A stretch of 36,901 nucleotides of DNA, taken from contig CAZWIN010000001.1 of assembly GCA_964633855.1 (NCBI GenBank), positions 1-36,901 on the forward strand, given 5' to 3'. How positions within the stretch are numbered: the first letter of the stretch is position 1; each line of letters begins with the position of its first letter. The position numbers were made by a program, and so were the translations under genes. The DNA is from an uncultured Chitinophagales bacterium (GTDB lineage: Bacteria > Bacteroidota > Ignavibacteria > UBA10030 > UBA6906). Below are positions 25,473 to 35,057 of the stretch, one piece after another. Under the pieces are notes generated by a model. The model was not told the DNA's origin, searched no databases, and saw only the letters and a list, made by a program, of their open reading frames with translations.

Positions 25473-26477
25473 ATGATGATGAAAAAGTTCCTCAAGATTC
25501 TTGGCATCGCTCTCGGCGTTGTGCTTGTCCTGCTGGTGATGTTTCTCGGCTATTTCAACATGAAGTATCCGGACGTTGATCCCGCGCCGGAGATTACCGT
25601 TGAGCGAACACCGGAGCGCATCGCCCGGGGGAAATATCTTGCAAACTACGTGACAGTGTGTATTGACTGTCACTCGGCGCGCGACTGGACAAAATTTGCC
25701 GGTCCGGTCACTCCCGGAACAGAAGGAAAAGGAGGAGAGGAGTTTAATGAACAGGCCGGTGGCGTCCCGGGAAGGATTTATGCGAGCAATATCACTCCGG
25801 CAGGTATCAGTGATTACACTGATGGCGAGTTAATGCGGACCTTTACAACCGGCGTCACAAAACACAACAGGGCACTCTTCCCTCTCATGCCGTATCTTTC
25901 CTATAATAATCTTTCGCAGGAAGATGCTTATTCCATAGTTGCATATATTCGATCGCTCGAGCCAATCAAAAATGCAGTGGGTGAATCAAAACTCAACTTC
26001 CCTCTCAACTTTATCGTGAAAACTATTCCGGCAAAATCCTATCAGCCGAAACCCGAACCCGATAGATCCAATTCCGTCGAATATGGCCGCTACCTTTCAA
26101 CAATCGGCGCGTGCGCTGCTTGCCATACGCCCGCTGTAAAGGGCGAGCCTGTTCCCGGAATGACATTTGCCGGCGGGTTTGAGTTCCATTTTCCCGGAGG
26201 GACAGTCCGTTCGCTCAACATCACTCCCGATGAAGAGACCGGGATCGGCAAGTGGACAAAAGAGGATTTCATTGCTCGCTTCAAAGCGTTTACTGACGAA
26301 GGATTGAAGGATGTGGTGCTCTCACCAGGTGATTTTAATACACCAATGCCGTGGACGATGTACGGCCAGATGACGAATGAAGACCTTGGTGCGATTTACG
26401 ATTTTCTCAAAACCGTCAAACCTGTACAACATCAGGTTGAGAAATTCGCCCCAACATCAGACACAAAAAATAACTGA
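25473..26477 (+). CDS. membrane-anchored dihaem c-type cytochrome
   Basis: N-terminal TM helix and two CxxCH motifs (CIDCH, CAACH). Three consecutive ATGs at 25473-25481; GGAG is best spaced for the third. Confidence 0.85.
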   Translation: MMMKKFLKILGIALGVVLVLLVMFLGYFNMKYPDVDPAPEITVERTPERIARGKYLANYVTVCIDCHSARDWTKFAGPVTPGTEGKGGEEFNEQAGGVPGRIYASNITPAGISDYTDGELMRTFTTGVTKHNRALFPLMPYLSYNNLSQEDAYSIVAYIRSLEPIKNAVGESKLNFPLNFIVKTIPAKSYQPKPEPDRSNSVEYGRYLSTIGACAACHTPAVKGEPVPGMTFAGGFEFHFPGGTVRSLNITPDEETGIGKWTKEDFIARFKAFTDEGLKDVVLSPGDFNTPMPWTMYGQMTNEDLGAIYDFLKTVKPVQHQVEKFAPTSDTKNN

Positions 26478-26629
26478 TCATAGCGGTATTCACCGGCAAC
26501 AGTCTCTTTTGCTGGCGCTAAACATCTTTTAACCTTCAGGTCTTCTATCACGGAACCGACAGCGGTGTTCTTGTTGTTGTAACCGGCAAATGGTGTATCC
26601 CAAACCATCGGTTGCAAAGAGAAGTGTTA

Positions 26630-29140
26630 ATGCAAGCAATAAAAGGGTTTGTTGTTTCTGCCATACTATTGATGGGACCAGCCTCCACCGGCCTGTCACA
26701 GACGGGGCTGGTAATGGGAAGGGTCCTCCTCGATTCCGGTGATCCGGCCGTTGGCGCCACTGTTGTTCTTGCCGAAACAAGGCTTGGCGCATCAGCGCGC
26801 GAAGATGGAAACTTCATTATCGGAACAGTGTTGCCTGGTGAGTATGAGGTGGAAGTCCGCCTCATAGGCTACATTCAGGATGATGCCGAACGCGTCATGG
26901 TACATGCCGGTGATACTGCCCGTGTACAGATTGTTCTTCGACAGAGCGCACTGGAAATGAACCCGGTTGTTGTAACCGGCTCGCGCCGCCAGGATGCCAA
27001 TGACACCAGACCCAGCCTGACAACCATAAGCCCTCGCGAGACAAAGTACCTCCCCGGTGCAGCCGAAGATGTCATGCGTTCCCTTCAGGCCCTTCCCGGT
27101 GTCACCAGTGTTTCTGATTTTTCTTCCCAGCTTGTTGTCCGAGGATCCGGCCCGGATCAGAATTTGATACTTATTGACGGTTTTGAAGTTCTCAACCCCT
27201 ACCGGCTGTACGGATTCGTTTCAATGTTCAATCCTGAGACAATAACGGATATCAGTCTGCAAACCGGCGGGTTTGCGGCACAGTATGGCGACCGATTGTC
27301 GTCCGTTCTGGACGTGAAGAACCGGGAGGGCCGCTCTGACGCATCTTATGCAGGGAAAATCAATGCGAGCCTCACAAACATGAACCTGATCGTTGAGGGC
27401 GCCTTGCCGCTTTCTACGGGTGGATCCTACCTCCTCTCTTTCCGACGGACATACTATGACCTCATCCTCGGTCCGGTTTTGAAATCCGCAAAACTTGTTG
27501 CGGGTGATGTTGCACTGCCCAATTTCCGTGACCTGCAGGTAAAGATTGCTGTTCCCTTGAATCCCAAACACAAACTCCTGTTCAACGCTATTACTTCACG
27601 TGACGGAGTGGAGCTTATTTCCGGCGTGGAACGCGATCAACCCGATAGCGTAAACGTCTTTGACTCTTCTACAAATACTCTCATAGGCGGAACGTGGTTG
27701 TTTAATCCGTCAAAGAATTTCCTTTCTCAAACAAGAGTATCGTGGTATAGGAACAGCGGGGGCGGATTATTTGACGGTTCTTTTGTTGATCCGGCGCAAA
27801 ATACAGGAGATATTGGCCGCGGCGACACCCTCGGGCTGCGCTTCTTCCGTTTTGCAGTAAACTATGACTACATTTTTCAAAAGACCTCGCTGGCACAACA
27901 ATTTACAATGCACGCCGGGAACCATGTGTTGGAAAGCGGCATTGGTGGAGACTTCCTTCGGACAGATTTCACGCGCTATTTTCAGGTTGATGAGAGCTTC
28001 AAAGAATTCCTTCGCTCGCGCGGCCTTGTAGTCCCTGTTGATGCATCTGAAGCACTCTCTTACGGCCGCTACCACGCCTTCCTCCAAGACCGGGTGGTTT
28101 TGTCTGAGCGGGTGTTTATCCAACCGGGAGTTCGCGTGGACTTCCATCCCGTTTTGGGGAAACAAGCCTATGTCTCGCCGCGCCTGAATGTATCATACAG
28201 CCTCGATGATATCAGCACATTACGTGCGGCGTATGGTATATACTATCAATCACCCGGACACGAAAAGCAGAATTTTCAGACAAGGCTCTCTTTTAGTGAT
28301 GATATCTTCGGCAACCTTGGTGCCGAGCGCGCCACGCACTACATTCTTGGTTATGACAGGATGGTAACGCCGGAATGGCAATTCAAAACGGAAACATACT
28401 ACAAACGTTTCAGGGATGTGGTGATTGCGCAAAAGTTGCATGGGTCGGAGTATGCCAGCAGCAGAACAGGGGGAGATATCTTTTCACCCTCCGGATGGAC
28501 TCAGCCCATCCGTACTCCTGCCGACTCTTTGACAAACATCCCGACCAATGAAGCAACTGGCCGCTCATACGGTTTTGAAGTGCTTCTGCAAAAAATCCGA
28601 TCGGAGCCCGGCGAGAGGTTCACCGGATGGATCAGTTATGCGTATTCGTTTTCCGAACGCGACAGGCGTGGCATAAAGACTGCATTCCTTTTCGACCAGA
28701 GACATGCGGCAAATATCGTTGGTAATTACAAATTTGCTGAGCGGTGGGATGCGGGGATGCGGTTTACCCTCCGCTCAGGACGCCCGTTCATTGAGGCAAT
28801 CGGGGTAAAACCGAGGATTCTCGTGGCGACTGTTGCAGGTGTGGACACCGCAATCATCCAGATTGACAGCCGTAACGGCAAGGTAATCCTTGACGTTGAT
28901 TACGAGCGCGATAGATATTCGGGGCGGCTGAATCTCTATCATTCGCTTGACTTCCGGATAACACACTATCCGCAATGGTGGGGATTGGATTGGGCAGTCT
29001 ATCTCGATGTGCAAAACATCTACAACCACAAAAACCAGCAGCAGACAACATACTACATCAACGACGAGGGGGCGCTTCGTCAGCGCGTTATCAACGGTAT
29101 TCCCATCTTCCCTTCACTCGGATTCAGTTTGGTTTTTTGA
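26630..29140 (+). CDS. TonB-dependent receptor with N-terminal carboxypeptidase-regulatory-like domain
   Basis: Signal peptide, CarboxypepD_reg-like GRVLLDSGDPAVGATVVL...GEYEVEV, a plug domain, a long barrel, and a C-terminal ...LGFSLVF. Confidence 0.9.
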   Translation: MQAIKGFVVSAILLMGPASTGLSQTGLVMGRVLLDSGDPAVGATVVLAETRLGASAREDGNFIIGTVLPGEYEVEVRLIGYIQDDAERVMVHAGDTARVQIVLRQSALEMNPVVVTGSRRQDANDTRPSLTTISPRETKYLPGAAEDVMRSLQALPGVTSVSDFSSQLVVRGSGPDQNLILIDGFEVLNPYRLYGFVSMFNPETITDISLQTGGFAAQYGDRLSSVLDVKNREGRSDASYAGKINASLTNMNLIVEGALPLSTGGSYLLSFRRTYYDLILGPVLKSAKLVAGDVALPNFRDLQVKIAVPLNPKHKLLFNAITSRDGVELISGVERDQPDSVNVFDSSTNTLIGGTWLFNPSKNFLSQTRVSWYRNSGGGLFDGSFVDPAQNTGDIGRGDTLGLRFFRFAVNYDYIFQKTSLAQQFTMHAGNHVLESGIGGDFLRTDFTRYFQVDESFKEFLRSRGLVVPVDASEALSYGRYHAFLQDRVVLSERVFIQPGVRVDFHPVLGKQAYVSPRLNVSYSLDDISTLRAAYGIYYQSPGHEKQNFQTRLSFSDDIFGNLGAERATHYILGYDRMVTPEWQFKTETYYKRFRDVVIAQKLHGSEYASSRTGGDIFSPSGWTQPIRTPADSLTNIPTNEATGRSYGFEVLLQKIRSEPGERFTGWISYAYSFSERDRRGIKTAFLFDQRHAANIVGNYKFAERWDAGMRFTLRSGRPFIEAIGVKPRILVATVAGVDTAIIQIDSRNGKVILDVDYERDRYSGRLNLYHSLDFRITHYPQWWGLDWAVYLDVQNIYNHKNQQQTTYYINDEGALRQRVINGIPIFPSLGFSLVF

Positions 29141-29207
29141 TTTTCCCCTCCGCGCGTATTTCCCGTGCGTGCTCTTCACAAACACAGACGATGCATAAGC
29201 ATCCTTC

Positions 29208-29237
29208 TTGACATCTCAACCCCAATGATGGTATATT
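29208..29237 (+). promoter_or_regulatory. strong sigma-70-like promoter (TTGACA-18-TGgTATATT) of the amrS-GT2 pair
   Basis: TTGACA at 29208-29213, an 18-nt spacer with extended -10 TG (29229-29230), then TATATT at 29232-29237. Only 16 nt lie between the -10 box and ATG 29254, and no SD is visible. Confidence 0.5.
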
Positions 29238-29253
29238 TACCATTGAATCTGTC

Positions 29254-30309
29254 ATGTCAACGGCCAATACTCTGAGCGATATTCTCTCTCGCCACACAAG
29301 AGAAGGCGAGCTTTACACCACAATGCCCGGCAACTGGGTGCGTTGCCACGCGTGCGGGCATAATTGCAAAATTGGCCCCGGCAAAGAGGGCATTTGCAAG
29401 GTTCGCTTCAATACTGATGGCGTCTTGTTTGTACCTTACGGCTACGTCGCAGGGGTTCAGGTTGACCCGATAGAGAAAAAGCCATTCTTCCATGCACTGC
29501 CCGGATCCAATGCCCTCAGCTTCGGCATGCTTGGCTGCGATTATCATTGTGCGTATTGCCAAAACTGGATTACTTCACAAGCTCTTCGCGATCCCGCTGC
29601 CGTGAGCACTCCCGAAACAATGACAGCAGAGCAACTGGTCCGGCTCGCCATCAGCCATAAAGCGTCTGCAATCACAAGTACATACAACGAGCCTCTCATC
29701 ACCAGCGAGTGGGCGGTGGAAGTCTTCCGGCTGGCCCGGCGGCATGGTATCGTCTGCTCGTACGTCTCCAACGGCAATGGCACACCAGAAGTGATGGAAT
29801 ACATCCGTCCGCATGTGCAACTGTACAAAATCGACCTTAAGAGTTTCAGACAAAAAAACTATCAGCAGCTTGGCGGGAAATTGGAAAATGTTCTTGATAC
29901 TGTCCGTCTGCTGGTGAAGATGGGTATCTGGGTCGAGATTGTTACCCTCGTCATCCCCGGCTTCAACGATTCTCCCGGGGAGTTGAGGGACATCGCAGGG
30001 TTCCTTGTCTCAATATCGCCAAACATCCCATGGCATGTAACTGCGTTTCATCAGGATTACAGAATGACGGAGCCGGCGAACACGGGAGTCGAGACCTTGC
30101 TTCGCGCCGCAGAAATCGGGTACACCGCCGGTTTGAACTTTGTCTATGCCGGCAATCTGCCCGGCCATGTCGGATCGTACGAGAATACGTATTGCCCGTC
30201 ATGCCATACACTGCTTATTGAGCGTTCCGGGTTCAGGGTGAAACACAACAACCTGCTCGATGGGTCTTGCCCCCGGTGCAACATGAAAATACCCGGGTTG
30301 TGGAACTAA
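29254..30309 (+). CDS. amrS: AmmeMemoRadiSam-system-type radical SAM enzyme
   Basis: N-terminal Cys cluster CHACGHNC..GICKVR, DPIEKKPFFH, radical-SAM CDYHCAYCQNW, and a C-terminal CPSC...CPRC zinc-knuckle-like end (..IPGLWN). Confidence 0.85.
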   Translation: MSTANTLSDILSRHTREGELYTTMPGNWVRCHACGHNCKIGPGKEGICKVRFNTDGVLFVPYGYVAGVQVDPIEKKPFFHALPGSNALSFGMLGCDYHCAYCQNWITSQALRDPAAVSTPETMTAEQLVRLAISHKASAITSTYNEPLITSEWAVEVFRLARRHGIVCSYVSNGNGTPEVMEYIRPHVQLYKIDLKSFRQKNYQQLGGKLENVLDTVRLLVKMGIWVEIVTLVIPGFNDSPGELRDIAGFLVSISPNIPWHVTAFHQDYRMTEPANTGVETLLRAAEIGYTAGLNFVYAGNLPGHVGSYENTYCPSCHTLLIERSGFRVKHNNLLDGSCPRCNMKIPGLWN

Positions 30310-31130
30310 TGCTGCCCACGCCTGCTCTTTCTTTAATCATCGCCGTCTATAACAAACCGGAAAACCTCCGGCTTGTACTCGCCGCATGCAACCGCCAAAT
30401 ATTTGCAGACTTTGAGGTTATTGTCGCCGATGATGGTTCGGGCTCTCCGGTAAGAGATGTTATTGAAGAAGCAAAACGAGAGTATCCATTCCCAATAACG
30501 CATTTGTGGCATCAGGATCTGGGATGGCGCAAAAATATCATGCTGAACAACGGCATACGCGCCTCGCGGAGTGACTACCTTGTATTTATTGATGGGGATT
30601 GTCTCCCTTCAGAACATTTCCTGCTCGATCACTGGAACGAACGGGAAGAAAAGCGCGTGCTCATGGGCAGGCGTGTCGAAACAAGCAAGCGGTGGTCAAG
30701 CGCTCTGACGATGGAAAAGATTTGCAGGGGGGAATACGAGCGATACGGGATTCACGAGTGGCTGGACGGGCTGAAAGGAAAATCTCTGCGCGTTGAGGAT
30801 GGAATCAGGATGCCAAGCAAACTGCTCCGGAGAGTATTACTCCGAAACGTGCGTGGAATGCTCGGAAGCAATTTCTCTTCCTGGAAAAAGGATCTCGTGG
30901 CAATCAACGGATTTGATGAATTGTATAACGGACCTGGCTGCGGCGAGGATTCTGATGTTCAGTACAGGCTCTCACTCATCGGGGTAACCGGGAAATCGCT
31001 TCGCAATCTAGCCGTGCAATACCATATCTGGCATCCGCTGACAAAAGTCTCTGACGCTTGCTGGGAGAGATTTGAGCAAGTAAAGAGGGGCAACGAAGCG
31101 CGTTGCCCGGTGGGATTGGACAAAGGTTGA
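30309..31130 (+). CDS. family-2 (GT-A) glycosyltransferase with GalT-like C-terminal motif
   Basis: ATG 30309-30311 overlaps the amrS TAA (30307-30309). LSLIIAVYN, VADDGS, IDGDC (DxD), GPGCGEDSD (beta-4-GalT-like ED-D motif). Confidence 0.85.
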   Translation: MLPTPALSLIIAVYNKPENLRLVLAACNRQIFADFEVIVADDGSGSPVRDVIEEAKREYPFPITHLWHQDLGWRKNIMLNNGIRASRSDYLVFIDGDCLPSEHFLLDHWNEREEKRVLMGRRVETSKRWSSALTMEKICRGEYERYGIHEWLDGLKGKSLRVEDGIRMPSKLLRRVLLRNVRGMLGSNFSSWKKDLVAINGFDELYNGPGCGEDSDVQYRLSLIGVTGKSLRNLAVQYHIWHPLTKVSDACWERFEQVKRGNEARCPVGLDKG

Positions 31131-31137
31131 CGGGGTA

Positions 31138-31899
31138 TTATTTTTTCTTCAGCGCCGCCAAGATTTGAGCAGGGTAGTTGGTTATTACTGCATCTATGTC
31201 GTACGCCATTACTTTGTGCAGTTCCTCCGCTGTATTGATCGTATAACATGCTACCGGAGACTTGCACTTCTTTGCATCATCCACAAAACGCTTACGCAAC
31301 TGGGTCTTGCTGCAAATGAACGCGCTCGTACCGAGCGAGCGACGGAGTTTCTGCGGCGTTGCCGCGACATCCCTGACAGACATGTATAGCGCTGCCGTCC
31401 TTATTGATGGATAGAGATGGTGAAAACGTTTCAGGTAATCATGATCGAACGATGAGACAATTGTCCGCTCTTCCATCTTCTTTTCCATAATTGCCAGGAT
31501 GGTCGCTTCCTCCATTGCCAATCGCTTACGCGGCTCCCCGTCAGTTTTCACTTCTATATTAAGGCCGACATGCTGCGGCAGCGCATCCATCACCTGCCGC
31601 AATGTCGGGATTCTCTCTCCCTTGAACTTTGGAGAGAACCAAACACCAGCATCAAAGGTCCTAAGCTCTTGAAGGGTGTACTCCCACACGGGGCCTTCAC
31701 CGTTGGTGGTGCGTTTGATATCCTGGTCGTGAAGCACTACAAGGAAAAAATCACGTGTCATCCGTACGTCCACCTCTACTATGTCTGCTCCCGCTTCCAC
31801 TGCAATGCTGATTGCAGCCAATGTATTTTCAGGTGCCGTGCCAGAGCTTCCCCGGTGGGCAACCACTGTCGGGCGATCCTTTTTTCGATACAAGAGCAT
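31138..31899 (-). CDS. glycerophosphodiester phosphodiesterase
   Basis: ATG 31899 is preceded by GAAGGA. VVAHRGSSGTAPENT and VEVDVRMTRD..VVLHD are GDPD catalytic motifs. Confidence 0.88.
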   Translation of the reverse strand: MLLYRKKDRPTVVAHRGSSGTAPENTLAAISIAVEAGADIVEVDVRMTRDFFLVVLHDQDIKRTTNGEGPVWEYTLQELRTFDAGVWFSPKFKGERIPTLRQVMDALPQHVGLNIEVKTDGEPRKRLAMEEATILAIMEKKMEERTIVSSFDHDYLKRFHHLYPSIRTAALYMSVRDVAATPQKLRRSLGTSAFICSKTQLRKRFVDDAKKCKSPVACYTINTAEELHKVMAYDIDAVITNYPAQILAALKKK

Positions 31900-31933
31900 T
31901 ATACGTCCTTCCCGTGTGAAACCGTGAATAGCG

Positions 31934-32578
31934 TTATGATTCCAGCATGAGCCTGATCTCCCGATGGACGATGTCAATCGAGCTCGTACCGTCTATGTTG
32001 TACACCTCTCCGGCTTCCTTGTAATAATGCATGAGCGGCTCGGTAGTGGTGTGATACACCTTCAAACGGCGGCGGACGGTCTCTTCCTTGTCGTCATCAC
32101 GCTGGTACAACTTGCCTCCGCATGATGGGCAGGGGGTATCGAGTGTCACTCCATCAATTTCGATATTGAAAATCCTTCCATCCTTTGAGCAAACCAACCG
32201 TTGGGTGAGACGTTTGATGATTTCGTCATCGTCAACTTGAAAGTTGACAACCTTTACATCATCTATGCCCAGTTCATCCAAGAGTGTTGTCAGCGCTTTT
32301 GCCTGTTCAAGGGTACGGGGAAAACCGTCCAGAATAAACCCGCTCTTCACCTTGTCCGAGCAGAGGACATCGCGGACTATCCCGATCATAACGTCATCGG
32401 GGACGAGTTGCCCTGCATCCATGATTGCCTTTGCCTTTTTCCCAAGCTCGGTTCCTTCCGTAACAGCAGAGCGCAACATGTCTCCGGTGGAAATATGCTT
32501 TGCACCAAACTCTTCGGCCAGTAGTTTTGCCTGTGTTCCCTTTCCGACGCCGGGTGGCCCGAAAAGCAGCAGTCTCAT
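31934..32578 (-). CDS. adk: adenylate kinase
   Basis: MRLLLFGPPGVGKGTQA P-loop, and a lid with C..D/CPSC. 214 aa from ATG 32578; the longer ORF extension overlaps the upstream gene. Confidence 0.95.
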   Translation of the reverse strand: MRLLLFGPPGVGKGTQAKLLAEEFGAKHISTGDMLRSAVTEGTELGKKAKAIMDAGQLVPDDVMIGIVRDVLCSDKVKSGFILDGFPRTLEQAKALTTLLDELGIDDVKVVNFQVDDDEIIKRLTQRLVCSKDGRIFNIEIDGVTLDTPCPSCGGKLYQRDDDKEETVRRRLKVYHTTTEPLMHYYKEAGEVYNIDGTSSIDIVHREIRLMLES

Positions 32579-32609
32579 GTTGATCTCTCGGTAGTGATGG
32601 TGGTTGCTA

Positions 32610-35051
32610 TTACTTAAGCCGTTTGTTAAGCGATTGCAAAGCAATCCGCGATTCGCGACGCAGAAGGGCATCGGGTTCATGGTTGAGTGTTGCTTCGAGT
32701 ATTGCCCGGGAATTATTGTTTCCCACCATGGCAAGGCGCTCAAGCGCCTTTCTGCGCACATGGTGAAGCTTGTCTGCTGTCAACTCCTCAATACGTTTGC
32801 GAACTTCATCATCGTTGCGCCAGTTGCCTGCAAGAGCATCAATGGCGGCGATGCGCACTTCACGCGGCTGGCCATACCGGGTAAGCGAAAACAGCTTCGC
32901 CTTTACTTCATCGGTGCGCAACGTGCCGAGCGCACGCGTCGACGCGGCCTTTACCCCGTCATTGTGGGACTCGATGGATAGGCCCTTCTCGCAGTATTGC
33001 ATCCCGTGTACGGAATCTATGGAAACAAGCGCAGTTATTGCCCTGGCGGCAACATCATAGCTTGAATCGCTTTCGAGGATATTGCCCAAAGCTACCAGAG
33101 CATCAAGTGTTTTCCGGCTTTGCAATGCTCCGGTGGCAGCGACGCGCACCCGGGAATCCGGGTCAGTGAACGCGGGCTCCAGAATTTGGACAATGCCATC
33201 ATCTTTGCTCTCTGCCAGGGCAAGAACCGCTTCCCTCCGTAAGGCCCAGAGGGTGTCATTGAGAAGTACTTGCATAATGGCTTCACGTATGCCGGCTGAA
33301 TCCGGGTTGGAAGCAAGCGCGCGAAGCGCCGAACGCCGCTCTGCTACACCTCCATGCCGGAGCTGATGCAGCCACTGCACGTTTGGTTTATCGTGCCGTA
33401 TGTATTTCAGAACCCACGATTCAGGATCAACAACAACATTCAACGGCTGCTCTTCGGACGAAAGTTCAACGATTTGTTCCTGCAACCCTTCAATAGCAAC
33501 GCGGTGAATTGTACGGTTTGATCCGGTATAGACTGCTATTTCAACCGGCAGACGATAGAGGGGCGTGAGGTCATCGACTTGCTGTGATTGACGGATATGA
33601 AGAAGTAGCTTTCTGCGATCCGCGTTATACTCCGATGACACGTCAAGTACGGGAAAGCCCGCCTTGGTCACCCACTGGTCAAAGAACCACGAGAGGTCGG
33701 TTTTCGCAGCAGCCTCCATTGCATGCTGAAAGTCATCTGTTGCAACCGACTGATACTGATGCTCATCAATATAACGCTGAATACCCGACCAGAACACTTC
33801 ATCGCCAAGCATTCCCCGCAGCATATGAAGAATGCATGCTCCTCGCGCATAGATTCTGCTATCGAAAAGATCGCTCGGTTCGGCATAGGTATCGGTCACT
33901 GTCGGTCTCCGGCTGGCGCCTGCATCAGCAGCCTGGACACCTTGCTGTGCTTCAGCCATGTCATACAGAAACTGGCCGCGCCCCTTGTCGTGTTCCACCC
34001 AGAGGTTTGTGAAATACGAGGCAAATCCTTCGTTCAACCACGCATGTGACCAATTGCGGCATGTCAGCACATCGCCAAACCACTGATGCGCGAGTTCATG
34101 TGCAACAAGATTGTCGCTGGAGACATCCAGATGGGCACGCTGGCTGTGAAGAGTCCGCTCATTCAGCGTCGTAGCACTGGCGTTTTCCATTCCTCCCCAG
34201 ATAAAATCAGCAACCACGGTTTGCGCATATCGCGACCAAGGGTAATCAAATCGTAATTTGTCGGAAAAGAATTTCATCATATCAACGGTACGCGAAAAAG
34301 ACCGTTGCACGTCATCCAACCGTTCTTTGGGGACATTGTATTCAACCGGGATGTTCTTATACCATTCCCGGATTGTCGCATATTCCCCCACAATAACAGA
34401 CATTTGATATGAAGCAATGGGTTTCGCACAAAACCAGTGATATGTTTTTGTTTTCTCTGCAGGGTTGTCCGTCACTTCAAGCAATGCTCCATTGGAGATG
34501 GCTTGAAATCTCTCACGGACGGTCACACGCATTTCACACGTGGATTTATCGTTCGGATAATCATAGCAGGGGAACCAAAGGTGGTTCTCCTCGGGCTCGC
34601 CTTGCGTCCACACTTGAAACGGTGTATCGGGGTATCCGGCGTCGGGTGCAATAAAGTACATCCCGGATTTCGGCGAGCAGGAGTAGCTCACCAACACTGT
34701 GAACGTATCAGCAACATTCATCATGCGGGGAAGAGACACGGCAAGCTTATCCCCGTCGGTCGAAAACTCTGCCTGGCTTGCCAATCCTTCACCTTGTACT
34801 ATTTGCGCGGAGCTGATCATCATCCGGCTTGCGTCAATCACGACTGTATTCAAATTGTTAAGGGGAACCATCCGGATGGAAGCGGTACCGCCAACTGTCT
34901 GACGTTGCTCGTCTATCTGTATATCAAGGCTGTAATGCAAAACGTCATAGGTGCGCTCGCGTTCCCGGTATCGCGAGCTGTGTGCCATATCGTGCAACAG
35001 GAGGGCTAGAGTCCCAATAATGCACAATCGAACGTATGATGATCCATTCAT
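32610..35051 (-). CDS. M1-family zinc aminopeptidase (aminopeptidase N-like) with C-terminal HEAT-repeat region
   Basis: GGMENA (GxMEN), HELAHQWFGD (HExxH), WLNEGFASY (distal Glu). The C-terminal roughly 250 aa form HEAT-like repeats (VRVAATGAL, VRIAAIDAL, VRRKALERL). Confidence 0.9.
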   Translation of the reverse strand: MNGSSYVRLCIIGTLALLLHDMAHSSRYRERERTYDVLHYSLDIQIDEQRQTVGGTASIRMVPLNNLNTVVIDASRMMISSAQIVQGEGLASQAEFSTDGDKLAVSLPRMMNVADTFTVLVSYSCSPKSGMYFIAPDAGYPDTPFQVWTQGEPEENHLWFPCYDYPNDKSTCEMRVTVRERFQAISNGALLEVTDNPAEKTKTYHWFCAKPIASYQMSVIVGEYATIREWYKNIPVEYNVPKERLDDVQRSFSRTVDMMKFFSDKLRFDYPWSRYAQTVVADFIWGGMENASATTLNERTLHSQRAHLDVSSDNLVAHELAHQWFGDVLTCRNWSHAWLNEGFASYFTNLWVEHDKGRGQFLYDMAEAQQGVQAADAGASRRPTVTDTYAEPSDLFDSRIYARGACILHMLRGMLGDEVFWSGIQRYIDEHQYQSVATDDFQHAMEAAAKTDLSWFFDQWVTKAGFPVLDVSSEYNADRRKLLLHIRQSQQVDDLTPLYRLPVEIAVYTGSNRTIHRVAIEGLQEQIVELSSEEQPLNVVVDPESWVLKYIRHDKPNVQWLHQLRHGGVAERRSALRALASNPDSAGIREAIMQVLLNDTLWALRREAVLALAESKDDGIVQILEPAFTDPDSRVRVAATGALQSRKTLDALVALGNILESDSSYDVAARAITALVSIDSVHGMQYCEKGLSIESHNDGVKAASTRALGTLRTDEVKAKLFSLTRYGQPREVRIAAIDALAGNWRNDDEVRKRIEELTADKLHHVRRKALERLAMVGNNNSRAILEATLNHEPDALLRRESRIALQSLNKRLK

Positions 35052-35057
35052 CTGCTT

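Noticed and set aside
32579-32761. 61-codon N-terminal extension of the adk ORF.
   Set aside because: It overlaps the 3' end of the M1 peptidase gene and has no homology to Adk. The canonical MRLLLFGPPGVGKGT start is at 32578.
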